Positions 19,402 through 30,093 of a DNA stretch of 64,000 nucleotides are shown one piece after another. The stretch lies in assembly GCA_963667665.2 (NCBI GenBank), contig OY763927.2, positions 1,472,001 through 1,536,000 on the forward strand, given 5' to 3'. The stretch is from Nitrosopumilus sp. (GTDB lineage: Archaea; Thermoproteota; Nitrososphaeria; Nitrososphaerales; Nitrosopumilaceae). Each line of letters begins with the position of its first letter. Position 1 is the stretch's first letter. The notes beneath the pieces were generated by a model that was not told where the DNA came from, searched no databases, and saw only the letters and a program-made list of their open reading frames with translations. Position numbers and translations under genes: made by a program.

Positions 19402-22379
19402 TTATATCTCTGCATAATTATTTTCTGCTTGTACCATAATTACAGGAATCAATTTCTCAAAGCTTTCAGTGGCATAATCAGATTCTAATAAAATTCGTTT
19501 AATACCTGCACGAATTTTGGCCTTGATACTTTCTTGGTTCATCCAATCAATGGTAGTATTTTGTTTAAGAAAATCAGTTAACTGAATAGATACTGCCTTG
19601 AGTGTATCATCGGATTTTGCATACTCTTTTGCCTGAGCTACTGCCTCATAGAAAATGTATTCTTCTTCAGATAATCCTAATTCTTCTTCTTTTTTCTTTT
19701 GGTTTGTAACATCATTTCCAATCTCTATGATTCTAGTCATTGTTGTTTCAAAGTTCTCAAATCTTCCATGATACTTTGATAATGCATTTTCAATTCTTTC
19801 TAGGAATGTTTTTCTTGCAATAGCATTTCTTTTGAATTTGGCAGTAATTGCATCATCAAGTAACTTGTATGCAAGTTCAACTTTGAGATTCTTTTGTCTA
19901 TATTTGCGTAGTTTGTCTAGTTCTTTGTTTAGATTAATTTTTTCGGGATCATATTCAATACTAAATTGTTTTATGATCTTGTTTGTTCCAATTCCTTTCT
20001 CAACTAAATCTTGAATGGCTGATTCTTTTTCATCAGAAATTTGGGGTGGATTTGAGGTACTTTTTGAGAGTATTTTACGTAATTTCTGAAATGTTCTCAA
20101 ATCATCTTCTACTTCTTGGCAGGCAGGATTAGGCGTACAAACTGCATATACTTTTGTTAATTCGGTCACATTTTTTACAAATTTACGTTTGACATCATCA
20201 TCTTCTACAATTTCATCAATTGCATTATAGATTAATTCTACTTGTTTGTCTTCAGGTAAGGTGGGGTAATCAGAAATTGGTGTTTCAAAAAAGTTAATGA
20301 GCTTGTCATGTTTGTTTTGCATGTATAGAATAATTTCTTTGGTTGGCTTCATTGCTTCTTTGATGTCTTGTTCTGCAAATGCCTTGAAGGATTTTCTTAG
20401 ATCATCTCCTATTCCAATATAATCAACAATTAATCCTTGAGGTTTGTCTTTCCAAATACGATTGACTCTAGAAATTGCTTGAATTAAGTTATGATCACGT
20501 AATGGTTTATCAACATACATTGTATGCAGTAATGGTGCATCAAATCCAGTAAGTAACATATCACATACAATTAAAAGTTCAACAGGATTTTTTTCATCTT
20601 TGAAATTTTTAATTAGTTCTTTAATTTTTTGCTTGCTTCTATAATGTGGATTAAGATAATCTTCAAGAGTTTTTTTCTCATCAGATAGTCCTTCAAGTGA
20701 TTTCTTTTTTGAACCTGATATTACACAAACACATTCTGGATGATTATCTTGTTTGTCTATGAATTCTTTGTACATTGCTGCTGCTTTTTTAGAGCTTGCA
20801 CAAAGCATTGCTTTTCCATTGAGGACTTTTTTCTTTTCATTAAAATGATCAACTAGATCTTTTGCAATTACTTGGATTCTATCTGGATCCTCAAAGAGTT
20901 TTTTCATTTCAGTCCATTTTTTTGAAAGAACTTCTGTTGCTTCTTCATCAATATCTTCGGTAATTTCTGCAAAGTCTTTACCAATGAATTGATTTAGTAA
21001 ATGAAGATCAATTCGTCGTCCTTCATACGCAATCTCAACTGTAGTTTTATCTCGAACTGCTTCAGGAATTTTATAGGTAGAAATTACTGAACCAAAGACA
21101 TCAGTGGTTGAGCGGTCTTCCATCTCAATTGGTGTGCCTGTAAAGCCCAGTCTAAGGGCATTTGGGAGTGCTATTTGCAGATTTTGAGCAATTTTTCTGT
21201 ATTGTGAGCGATGGGCCTCATCTGCAATTATTATGATATTTCGTCTATCAGAGATTTTTGGATATTTTATTCTTCCTTCTTTTTCTTCTTTTGTTGTTTG
21301 GAATTTTTGAATTGTAGTAAAGATAATCTTTCCTGCTGGGGTCTCAAGTTTTTCTCTAAGATCATCTATACCTTCAGCTTCTAATACTGATGTTGGTGCA
21401 CGTGGATAAGGAAAACCTGCTGTTGTAAAAAATCCTGCTATCTGTTCATCAAGATCACGTCTATCAGTAATTATTACAAATGTTGGGTTTTCAAATTCAG
21501 GTAATTGTGATAAATATTGAACAGCAAATATCATTGTAAGTGATTTTCCAGAACCTGTAGTATGCCATACTACACCTATTCTGTTTTCATCTTTTTGTGA
21601 TAAAACTTGTTTTGCTTTTTCTGCAATTGTGTTTACTGCTTCAACTTGATGTTGCCTTGCAATTTTTTTAATTATTTTTGTTCCATCATCTTCATATTCT
21701 ATAAAATTTTGTATCAAGTGAAGTAATCTGTCTTTTTCAAATAGTCCTCGTTGTAACACATCTAATTGGTTTGAAATCTTTTTGTTTTTATTTTGAGAAT
21801 CTTTCCATTCAAAAAAGTATTCAAAGTTTGATGTTAGGGTTCCATATTTTGCTAGTGTTCTATCACTAATTACTAGAAATGCATTGTAATGAAATAGTTT
21901 TGGAATGTATCTTTGATAATCAGTATCTCCCAGCTGATGAAATGCATCTTTTATTGTTGCACTAGTACTGGTGGGGTCTTTGTATTCTAAAATTACTAGT
22001 GGAATTCCATTTACAAATACAATATGATCTGTTCTCTTTGATTCATGTTGTTTTATCATGAATTGTCTTACTGCAAGAAAATCATTGTTTTCTGGATTTT
22101 CAAAGTCAACATACTTTACAAGTTTAGTATCAGGTTTTCCTTTTTCATCAGTAATTGAAACCTTACATCCTGAAAGTAGTAAATCATGAAATTTTCGATT
22201 ATTTTCTACTAAATCTGGTGATGAAAGTCCTTCAAGTTTTCCTATGGCTATTTCATAGGCCTCATCAGACAATCCAGGGTTGATTTTCTCTAAATCCCTG
22301 CGTAATCTACGCCTAAGAAGCACTTCTGAGAGAGAGAATCTCGCTCAGCATTTTCTTTTCCAGGATTAAAATCAGGCCC
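19402..22379 (-). pseudogene. hsdR: Type I restriction endonuclease subunit R, 5'-truncated and frameshifted
   Basis: RTD...LEYK nuclease, HTTGSGKS, DEAHR, FTGTP, LLTGFDAP, QAISRVNR; upstream GPDFNPGKENAERDS is out of frame at (GA)5 22328-22337 and abuts the IS remnant. Confidence 0.85.
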
Positions 22380-23466
22380 TCTCAGACAAACCACGGTCAG
22401 GACGTCCACCCAAGATAGACAGAAAAATTCTAAACAAAGCAAGGCATTGGTGCGAGGAACGCGCATTTACACCCGTAGAACTGCACGACAAACTAGAAGA
22501 GATGTCTGGAAAAAACCTTGGCATCTCGCAGATAAGGCGATATGCCAGACAGTGGGGATACTCTAGAAAAAAGACACAGCCAATCATGGTTAGTAGAACA
22601 CCAATAGAAGAGGTGAACAAATGGAGAGCCAGCCTGTATCAAAAGATTGCAAGATACACAAAGATGCGATATACAATTGTAACACAAGATGAATCACACT
22701 TTAAGGACGCTGCAATGTCTGCAAAATATTGGGCAAAACTGTGCCTACGCATATTCATGTTATGGAGCGGAGGATTTCATAGATTCTCAATGATATGCAG
22801 CATGACACAAGACGGCAGACAGTTTTTTAATCACTGTCAGACTGTCAATACCGCTTCCTTTCTAGAACATATGGACAAGGTGTACATGGAGGTAGGCAAG
22901 ATGGTCCTGATACTAGACAAGGCACCGTGGCATATATCCCAGGAGACGAAAAGATTCTTTGCAGAGCGCGACATTATTGTCCTGTGGTATCCTATCGGAC
23001 ATCCATATCTGAATCCCGTAGAGGAAGTATGGAGCGTACTCAAACGTGTAATGAATCATTCCATACGTTATGCAGACAAGGATGCACATCTGGCAGCAGT
23101 GTATGAATTTATCAGGGTACACAAGTTTGATTATAATTTTAAGAAATTCTGGAAGAGAAAACCGCCCAAAGGAATCATGCGGCCATTCATAAAGATGGAT
23201 GATCCGCCAAATCCCGACATTGTATCACACCAGGTATCGTCTAAACCTGCACAAAAACAATGATTGTACGAATAGTTTGATCTTCTGTATGTATCATGTT
23301 GGTGCCTGCATTTTTTTCCAATGTGATATGTATAGCCATACATGAATCTGAATTTTAATTTTCCATGCATTTTGTTTTGTGCTTTTGGTGTATTCCCCAG
23401 ACAAGAGGCATTATGCCTATGATGGTCCTAAAATATCATGTACAGAAACTTATGCACGTTGCTATA
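22375..23466 (+). mobile_element. IS630/Tc1-family insertion sequence, left end deleted
   Basis: Higher GC; DDE transposase; probable right end ...CACGTTGCTATA ending in TA; no matching left end. Confidence 0.8.
22376..23263 (+). pseudogene. IS630-family transposase lacking its N-terminus
   Basis: In-frame ALSDKPRSGRPPK linker upstream of Met 22502; QDES, ILDKAPWH, LNPVEEVW DDE triad. Confidence 0.85.
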
Positions 23467-23469
23467 CCA

Positions 23470-23719
23470 TTACCACCTTGACCACTATTTAGAAACTCAT
23501 CAATTATTTTTGAATTATACAATATCATTTTAGTTATTATAAAAAAAATTAAAATTGAAAAAGAAAATATCATTCCAATAAAACTTTCAGAAGAAATTGA
23601 TAGTATAGTGATTGATAATAATATTAGAAAAATAATTATGGTAAATGACAATAAAATAATTAATTAATTAATCTATTTAGCTAGTTCACTATGTTATCAA
23701 GGTGGTAAAGGTGGTATAG
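23470..23719. promoter_or_regulatory. Candidate replication origin of the element: inverted repeats flanking an AT-rich tract
   Basis: TTACCACCTTGA (23470-23481) and TCAAGGTGGTAA (23697-23708) plus reiterated GGTGGT/ACCA units, upstream of the replication ATPase. Confidence 0.45.
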
Positions 23720-24110
23720 TGGAACCATAGTTCAATGAGACCTTAAACTAACAAAAAACTGGCAACACATACAAGATACTGTTGGTATTTCTACTAGTCA
23801 CCTAAGAAATTACGTTCGAGGTCATGGAACCTATGAACTAATTGAGAAAATTACCGCAAAGATATAAAAGTTAGAAATGTGTAATTGTACATGTTCACCA
23901 ACAGTTAGTTTCTAAATCCTTGACCCGGAATATCAAGAAACAAAAAGGTGAAACAAGTGAAAAAGAAAGTAAAGACATTCCTATTTCAGGATTTTTTGAT
24001 CCTATCTTTAGATAAAGAATGGATTAATCTATTCAAAGGAATTCCAACATTTGATGTATTCATAGACAACCAACAAAAACTCCACCTTAGATCAAGGGAG
24101 GTAATTAGCC

Positions 24111-25469
24111 TTGAGTAACAGGAACAAACCAAGTTCTACAAAGGTAAAAGGAAAAATTGAAAATAGATATGTTGAATCTGTTTTAGTTGAAAACAAGCCT
24201 ATTTTTCTAGTAAAAGATCTAGAAACAGGAGAAATTTCAATTGAAAAGACCATTGAGACAGATGATTGTATTTTCATTCCATTGAAAAAAAATGAATGTG
24301 GATATTATCCATATTCATTTGAAAATGATGAAATACAAGATATTTTCAAGCAAAAAATTACTACTGAGAAGATCCTTGAAGAGATAAAAAGTCAGGTTGA
24401 CAGATATTTGGATTTACCAGAAAGAGGAAAAATCCTGATTTCCGGTGATATTCTGATCACTTATTCTATGGATTGGATCACCACTCTTCATTATCCATTT
24501 TTTGTGGGAGACAATGAATCAGGTAAGAGTTCAGTACTTCATCTGGGAAGATGGCTAAATTACAGATGTCTGTTAAGTGAGGATCTCCCAAATGCTCACA
24601 TTTACAACTTTTTGGGAATAGATGAGGAAGGAACTGGAACAATATGTGAGGATGAAGCACAAGATATAGAATTCAACAAAGAAAAAATCAGAACATACAA
24701 GAGCTCCTATTCAAGTGGGGCAACAAAACCTCGAGTAATCACATTTTCTAACAAGAAATTTCAGGTGTATTACAAGACTTTTTGTGCCAAATGGTTTGCC
24801 GGAGAAAGACTACCAAGAAACAAGGGATTTGTTGAAAGATTAGCCATTATCCATATGGTTAGTGGTACTCCTTTGAGTAATATCAAAAGAGCAAACATGA
24901 ATGAAAAATCAGAACTAAATTCATTGAGAAATAAACTTCTGATTTGGAAAATTCAAAGAATTGGAGAAAAACATGAATTCAAATCAGATTTGATAAGACG
25001 AGACCAAGAACTTTGGGAAGATTTTATTGGAGTTTTTGAAAATACTAAATTTGCAAATGCTGCAACTGATGTTGCAAAACATTACATCAAACAAAGAAGA
25101 AAATCCATAACCAATAGTTTTGAGGCTATAATCTTCAAAATTCTTGTTGATAATCTCAAAGAAGATGAGATTGAATCACTTGTGTTATGGAGTTTACTTA
25201 CAGATGGGGTAAATCTTGTAGGTGAATTTGATTCTTGGAACAAGAAAACATTTGTTCCCGATGAGTTTGATGTTAGACTCACACCAAATTCTTTGAAAAA
25301 TCTTGTTGAAGATAAATTTCAAGCAAAGAAAATAGTTAGAACTATTACAAGAAATAAGAAATCTGTAAAAATTACTAGTTATTTCTTTGACAAGGAAATT
25401 TTGGAGTCATTGATGACAAAATATGGAATTAATTTAGAAACAATGGAAGATAGTTTGTTAAGCAGCTAA
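24111..25469 (+). CDS. P-loop replication ATPase/helicase of a mobile element
   Basis: Walker A GDNESGKS, Walker B ICEDE, arginine-finger-like FVERL. Confidence 0.7.
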   Translation: MSNRNKPSSTKVKGKIENRYVESVLVENKPIFLVKDLETGEISIEKTIETDDCIFIPLKKNECGYYPYSFENDEIQDIFKQKITTEKILEEIKSQVDRYLDLPERGKILISGDILITYSMDWITTLHYPFFVGDNESGKSSVLHLGRWLNYRCLLSEDLPNAHIYNFLGIDEEGTGTICEDEAQDIEFNKEKIRTYKSSYSSGATKPRVITFSNKKFQVYYKTFCAKWFAGERLPRNKGFVERLAIIHMVSGTPLSNIKRANMNEKSELNSLRNKLLIWKIQRIGEKHEFKSDLIRRDQELWEDFIGVFENTKFANAATDVAKHYIKQRRKSITNSFEAIIFKILVDNLKEDEIESLVLWSLLTDGVNLVGEFDSWNKKTFVPDEFDVRLTPNSLKNLVEDKFQAKKIVRTITRNKKSVKITSYFFDKEILESLMTKYGINLETMEDSLLSS

Positions 25470-26066
25470 TTCTTTGAATTGTTCAATAAATTGATCTTTG
25501 TGGAAAATGTATTTTAATTTGACATCTTTTTCAATTTCTTTGCGATGTTGCTCAGTTCCTCTAAAAATGATAGACATTAGACATTTGCATTCAAATTTAT
25601 CTTTTGCAGCATTTACTGCAGAGATTGCAGACATGCCGCTAGTAATTACATCATCAATGATAACTACTGGTGAAGTTATTATTCCTTCAATTAATTTTTG
25701 AGTTCCATGTAGTTTTGGTGCTTTACGAACAAAAAATGATGTGATCAAAGGATTTGAAGAATCTTTTTCGTTTTCAAAATAACTTAATTGTGAAATTGCT
25801 GTTGCAATTGAGATAGAACCTGATTCCAAACCACCAACTGATTTTACATCTGGCATTTGTTTAATATAATGATAAAATACTTTGGCAACGGCATTGATTC
25901 CTTCTGGATGACCATTTAGAAGTTTTAGATCAAAATAATATTCGCTTGTTGCTCCAGATGCCAATTGAAATGGTTTGTCTGGTGAATATTGAAATGCTTT
26001 AGTTTTCACTAACAAATCAAACAATACTTTGGTATCTGTCTCAATATCAGAGGATAAACTCATCAT
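25458..26066 (-). CDS. pyrE: Orotate phosphoribosyltransferase-like protein (element-borne)
   Basis: FQLASG..SEYYFD, VRKAPKLHG flexible loop, IIDDVITSG PRPP loop; probable start MMSLSS after GGAGG. Confidence 0.85.
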   Translation of the reverse strand: MMSLSSDIETDTKVLFDLLVKTKAFQYSPDKPFQLASGATSEYYFDLKLLNGHPEGINAVAKVFYHYIKQMPDVKSVGGLESGSISIATAISQLSYFENEKDSSNPLITSFFVRKAPKLHGTQKLIEGIITSPVVIIDDVITSGMSAISAVNAAKDKFECKCLMSIIFRGTEQHRKEIEKDVKLKYIFHKDQFIEQFKELAA

Positions 26067-26269
26067 TGAAGAAAAGACCTCCATCCAGATAATAAATCAT
26101 TGCTGCCAATTATCAAACATGGTAGTAATACAAAATGATTTTGGACGCAATAACCGCTATGACCCCCAAGCTTCATCAACTTATGATTTCTAGGGCCCTA
26201 TATGATCTTAAGTGGTCTAGTCATATGGATTTGACTTAGAATAGTCAAATTTTTGCAGAATTGATCATT

Positions 26270-26869
26270 TTAGCCAAAGTTTGCCAATATTTGATCCATT
26301 TTTTCATTTGTAATGTTATGATAATGACTTATTCTATTTTTTAGAGAAACCCAATCACAAATTGAAACAAAATCAAAATCCTGATTAGAAAAAGTAGTTT
26401 TGGAAAGATTTTCATCAACTAGTGAGATTACTTGTGAAATTGGAACTTTTTGTTGAGAAAATCGTTCAACTACTTCTAAAACATGATTTTCATTGATAGA
26501 ATAAGGAATTATCAAAGAACATGGAACTTTTTCAGGTTCTATAAACTTGCTATCTGCACTTGAATCATTTTCTAAATCATATGGATAAAATGGTAATTTT
26601 TCATTTAGGCTAGCTTGAGTGGCTAAGACAATTAAAGATGGATCATTTTCAGTAAATCCTATCACAGATTTACAATTTGATTGTTTGATGTAAGTTTGAA
26701 GAAGTTTTAATGTAGTTTTCTTCAAATGTTTTGGATCTTCAAATAAAGTAAGTGAGATGTGTTTTCCATCAGTATTTTCTCGAAATGCAATATTATCTTG
26801 AAAAACATTGAAAGCTAAGCTATCTGTAATGATTTCTTTAGAACTATCAACAAGTTGAGATATTTCCAT
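26270..26869 (-). CDS. Degenerate type I PRTase-fold protein lacking the PRPP-binding motif
   Basis: VIGFTE..SLIVLATQASL..KLPF and QVISLVDE line up with the OPRT core; DDxxxxG replaced by IIPYSINEN. Confidence 0.55.
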   Translation of the reverse strand: MEISQLVDSSKEIITDSLAFNVFQDNIAFRENTDGKHISLTLFEDPKHLKKTTLKLLQTYIKQSNCKSVIGFTENDPSLIVLATQASLNEKLPFYPYDLENDSSADSKFIEPEKVPCSLIIPYSINENHVLEVVERFSQQKVPISQVISLVDENLSKTTFSNQDFDFVSICDWVSLKNRISHYHNITNEKMDQILANFG

Positions 26870-26908
26870 ACATTTGAAAGAATTTTGTATTATTTTTAGT
26901 AAACTAAA

Positions 26909-28033
26909 TCATTCAATGATACAATCTATACTATTTTTTTCCAAATATTCTTTTAATTTATCAAATTTTGCTTCAAGACTTTGATATTTCTCATTCATTT
27001 GTTTTAGATTAGTTTCAACTGCTTTGAAATCAGAAATTGTTAGTAATGGTTCAACTTCCAAGTACATTTCTCGTTTCTTCTCATTTTCCAATTGATAGTA
27101 AGTATTCATGTAGAATTGATGACCAATCAATGATTCTGCAAAATCCCTGCCTGATGCATTGCCAACAACTGTTCTAAAGAACTTACGAAATGCGTGAAAA
27201 TGTACAATACTATATCCACTTGGATTTTTCTTATCTAAATCTGGAACTTTAGAGGTGTGAACTCTTAGTTGTCTCATTAGATATCCTTCTGAGACTAGGG
27301 AATCAGGCTGAACAGTTTTCTCAGTTCTTCTACGACTACCTAGTGCACTTCGACCAAAGAATTCTATATCATCAAGATGTGAATTATCTTTATTTTCAAT
27401 CCAACCAAGTGTTCTTGATAGATAGTCTTTGAGTGAATTTGTTGCCTCTGTTGTGATAAATGTCTCTCTTGCTGTTCTTGTCTTTGTGATTTTTGCTCGT
27501 AGTCTAATGGTGGTTGGGGTAGTTGACATGTCAATATCAGATAATTTTAGCTGAACTAATTCTCCAATTCTAATCCCACTTGATGCTAGAATGAGAATTA
27601 CTGTTTGCAATCTTGGTGGAACATTTCGCAATACACGTAAAATCAATTCTTTTGTTAGTGGAACTTCATATTCTCGTACATCTTTTGGAACTCGTATTAC
27701 TTGTTTACAATCCTCTGTGTAGATTTTTAATCCTAAATATCTAAGATAACCTTTGACTGCAGCTAGTCTTGATTTGATTGATTGTGGTTTGTATTTTCTT
27801 TTGTCTAAGAAAATTACAAAATCTCTAAGTGTTGCATACACATCTAATTGTTTTTGTTTTACTTGTTCTACAAACTCTAGATCATTAATGTTATACTTTA
27901 CTTTTAAAAAATCTCTAAAACCACAATGGTTTTGATTAACAATTGCTAATCTATAGGATTTTGTTGTGTTGTAACTATGAGACATTACATAGACAGAGTC
28001 AAGATAATCTTGTAGTGGTTGTTGGGGGTTCAC
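26909..28033 (-). CDS. Tyrosine recombinase/integrase
   Basis: SGIRIGE (R), KITKT (K), HAFRK (HxxR), IGH, NTYY (Y) all intact; C-terminal coiled coil. Confidence 0.93.
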   Translation of the reverse strand: MNPQQPLQDYLDSVYVMSHSYNTTKSYRLAIVNQNHCGFRDFLKVKYNINDLEFVEQVKQKQLDVYATLRDFVIFLDKRKYKPQSIKSRLAAVKGYLRYLGLKIYTEDCKQVIRVPKDVREYEVPLTKELILRVLRNVPPRLQTVILILASSGIRIGELVQLKLSDIDMSTTPTTIRLRAKITKTRTARETFITTEATNSLKDYLSRTLGWIENKDNSHLDDIEFFGRSALGSRRRTEKTVQPDSLVSEGYLMRQLRVHTSKVPDLDKKNPSGYSIVHFHAFRKFFRTVVGNASGRDFAESLIGHQFYMNTYYQLENEKKREMYLEVEPLLTISDFKAVETNLKQMNEKYQSLEAKFDKLKEYLEKNSIDCIIE

Positions 28034-28097
28034 GAATATCTAATAACACATGCTACGATAAAACAGGTCAGGGAGTGGGAGTGTTGATGCCGAATGC

Positions 28098-28109
28098 AGT
28101 GGTTTCTAT
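28098..28109. repeat. att site (right), includes stop codon of the flippase-like gene
   Basis: Identical to 16892-16903; CTA 28106-28108 is the minus-strand TAG. Confidence 0.8.
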
Positions 28110-29143
28110 AAGGTATTTTCATCAGTACTATCTGAAGTATTCTTTGGAATTTTACTTAGAGCCAACTTAACTAACAAGAGCCAAGTTATGCCTATAGGCA
28201 CATAATAAGTTGCAATTCTCCAACCAATTACTGCATCCCATGCTAAACTACCTTCAGGAATTTCTAAATTAAATGGATCCAGATTATGCAAATATGCAAC
28301 AATTCCAAATTCAGCTAATCCTGAACCACCTATAGTAATTGGCATGTTTCCAATTGCATTTGCACCCATTACTGCCATGATTGAATCAAATGCATTAATC
28401 ACATATCCTGTTCCCATAGCAATTATCATAAATGATATTCCATAAAATGACCAAGAAACAATTGATATTAGAAATGAAACTGTGAATATTTTTCTTGATT
28501 CAGTAGTCTTTAGATTTTCTTTACTCATCTTACATATTCCTTCCATCCAAGTATTTGTTTGTCGAACATATTTTTCACCTTTTTCTTTTCCAATTCGTGT
28601 AACCAAATCAGAGCAAACTTTTGGCATTAGAATAATTCTTTTAGATGACAAGAAGAATAGGGTAATCCAAAGTATAGTTACAATTAAACTAGTTATCATA
28701 ATTATAGCACCAACTACATATGCACCATGCACGAATGCAAGAATTCCTGCAATAATTGACAACAAGCCTGCAGCAAGAACTTCAGTAACTATATCCATTA
28801 TTGCAATCCAAGTTGCTTTTGCAGTTTCAACTCCTTTCTTTTTCAAATAATATATGACAACAAATTCTGCTCCAATGAACATGGGAGTTGTAAATTTGAT
28901 AAATTCACTTCCAACTCTTACACCTATTAGATTCCAAAAAGAATCAAACTTTGGCAGATATTTTCGTGTGATATATACAAATTTTATTCCTTGCAAGCCA
29001 AGTTTCATCATCATGGCAGCAATTGCGCCTAAAAATGGCAAAATTCCAATTGCCAAGACATCGTTAATGTTTATGTCAAACTGAAATGCAATTACAAAAA
29101 TTGGAATAAGGGTAACTGGAATAGCAATAATTCTCCAATTCAT
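28106..29143 (-). CDS. Lysylphosphatidylglycerol synthase TM/flippase-like membrane protein (UPF0104)
   Basis: Multi-TM, TPMFIGAE, PITIGGSGLAE, WRIATYY. Confidence 0.85.
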   Translation of the reverse strand: MNWRIIAIPVTLIPIFVIAFQFDININDVLAIGILPFLGAIAAMMMKLGLQGIKFVYITRKYLPKFDSFWNLIGVRVGSEFIKFTTPMFIGAEFVVIYYLKKKGVETAKATWIAIMDIVTEVLAAGLLSIIAGILAFVHGAYVVGAIIMITSLIVTILWITLFFLSSKRIILMPKVCSDLVTRIGKEKGEKYVRQTNTWMEGICKMSKENLKTTESRKIFTVSFLISIVSWSFYGISFMIIAMGTGYVINAFDSIMAVMGANAIGNMPITIGGSGLAEFGIVAYLHNLDPFNLEIPEGSLAWDAVIGWRIATYYVPIGITWLLLVKLALSKIPKNTSDSTDENTL

Positions 29144-29334
29144 TTTGATGATTGGTTTATGAATTCAAATATGAAAGTTGACTTAATTTTGTTGGTAAAA
29201 TTGTCAATTAGTCTAAAACTAGGCATAAAAGTTGATTAAATAATTACAACAAAGGAGATTTTTAGGATTCAAAAACCAAACATTGGTAATTTTCTAGTTT
29301 AAAATATAAGCAAAGAAAGAAAAATTATACAGGA

Positions 29335-30093
29335 TTGAAAACAATTTTTATTTCTGGTACAGCTGGAGCAGGAAAATCATTACTTACATCAAAATTATAT
29401 GAATATTATACAAAAAATGGAGCATTTGCAGCTGTCCTGAATTTAGATCCAGGTGTAGAAAGTTTACCATACACTTGTGATATTGATGTAAGAGACTATG
29501 TGGATATTGTATCTATAATGCAACAATATGATCTTGGTCCAAACGGTGCTTTGATAATGGCAAATGATTTGATTGCATCAAAAATTGATGATATCAAAAG
29601 TGAAGTGAATAGAGTAAATCCTGATTATCTAATTGTTGATACACCGGGTCAAATAGAATTGTTCGCATATCGTTCTAGTGGACCTTTTCTTGTAGAAAAT
29701 ATTTCATCAGAAGAAAAAACAAATATCTTTCTTTTTGATGGTGCTTTGATTACATCACCAGTAAATTTTGTTTCAATTGCACTTCTTGCAACATCAATAA
29801 GATTACGTTTGAATGTATCAACAATTAATGTATTAACAAAAACAGATCTTATTGGTACCAAACTAAATGACATACTCAAATGGACAACAAGTCTGAGTAC
29901 GTTAGAAAATGCGATTTACAAGGAAGCAGATGGAGATACCTATACGTTGACTACAAATATTCTACGGGGTTTAAATCTTGGTGGATTTGCACAAGGATTG
30001 ATTCCAGTTTCAAATGTTACAGGAGAGGGCTATGTGAATCTTGAAGGTGCTCTAAGTAGAATTCTTAACTTGGGTGAAGAGGTAGAAAACTAG
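29335..30093 (+). CDS. GPN-loop GTPase
   Basis: GTAGAGKS, NLDPG, LGPNGA, DTPGQIE, TKTD. Confidence 0.92.
   Translation: MKTIFISGTAGAGKSLLTSKLYEYYTKNGAFAAVLNLDPGVESLPYTCDIDVRDYVDIVSIMQQYDLGPNGALIMANDLIASKIDDIKSEVNRVNPDYLIVDTPGQIELFAYRSSGPFLVENISSEEKTNIFLFDGALITSPVNFVSIALLATSIRLRLNVSTINVLTKTDLIGTKLNDILKWTTSLSTLENAIYKEADGDTYTLTTNILRGLNLGGFAQGLIPVSNVTGEGYVNLEGALSRILNLGEEVEN

Larger units (their letters stand above)
16892..28109. mobile_element. Integrative element (~11.2 kb) with tyrosine integrase, integrated at the 3' end of a flippase-like gene
   Basis: AGTGGTTTCTAT direct repeat at 16892-16903 and 28098-28109; integrase at right end; replication ATPase, R-M and IS cargo. Confidence 0.85.

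Noticed and set aside
23436-23651. 71-aa hydrophobic ORF
   Set aside because: Hydrophobicity is expected from a T-rich strand; it runs into the IS end and overlaps the origin-like tract
28034-28105. tRNA gene as integration target next to the integrase
   Set aside because: No cloverleaf or GTTCRA T-loop; the direct repeat maps to a protein-coding stop codon instead
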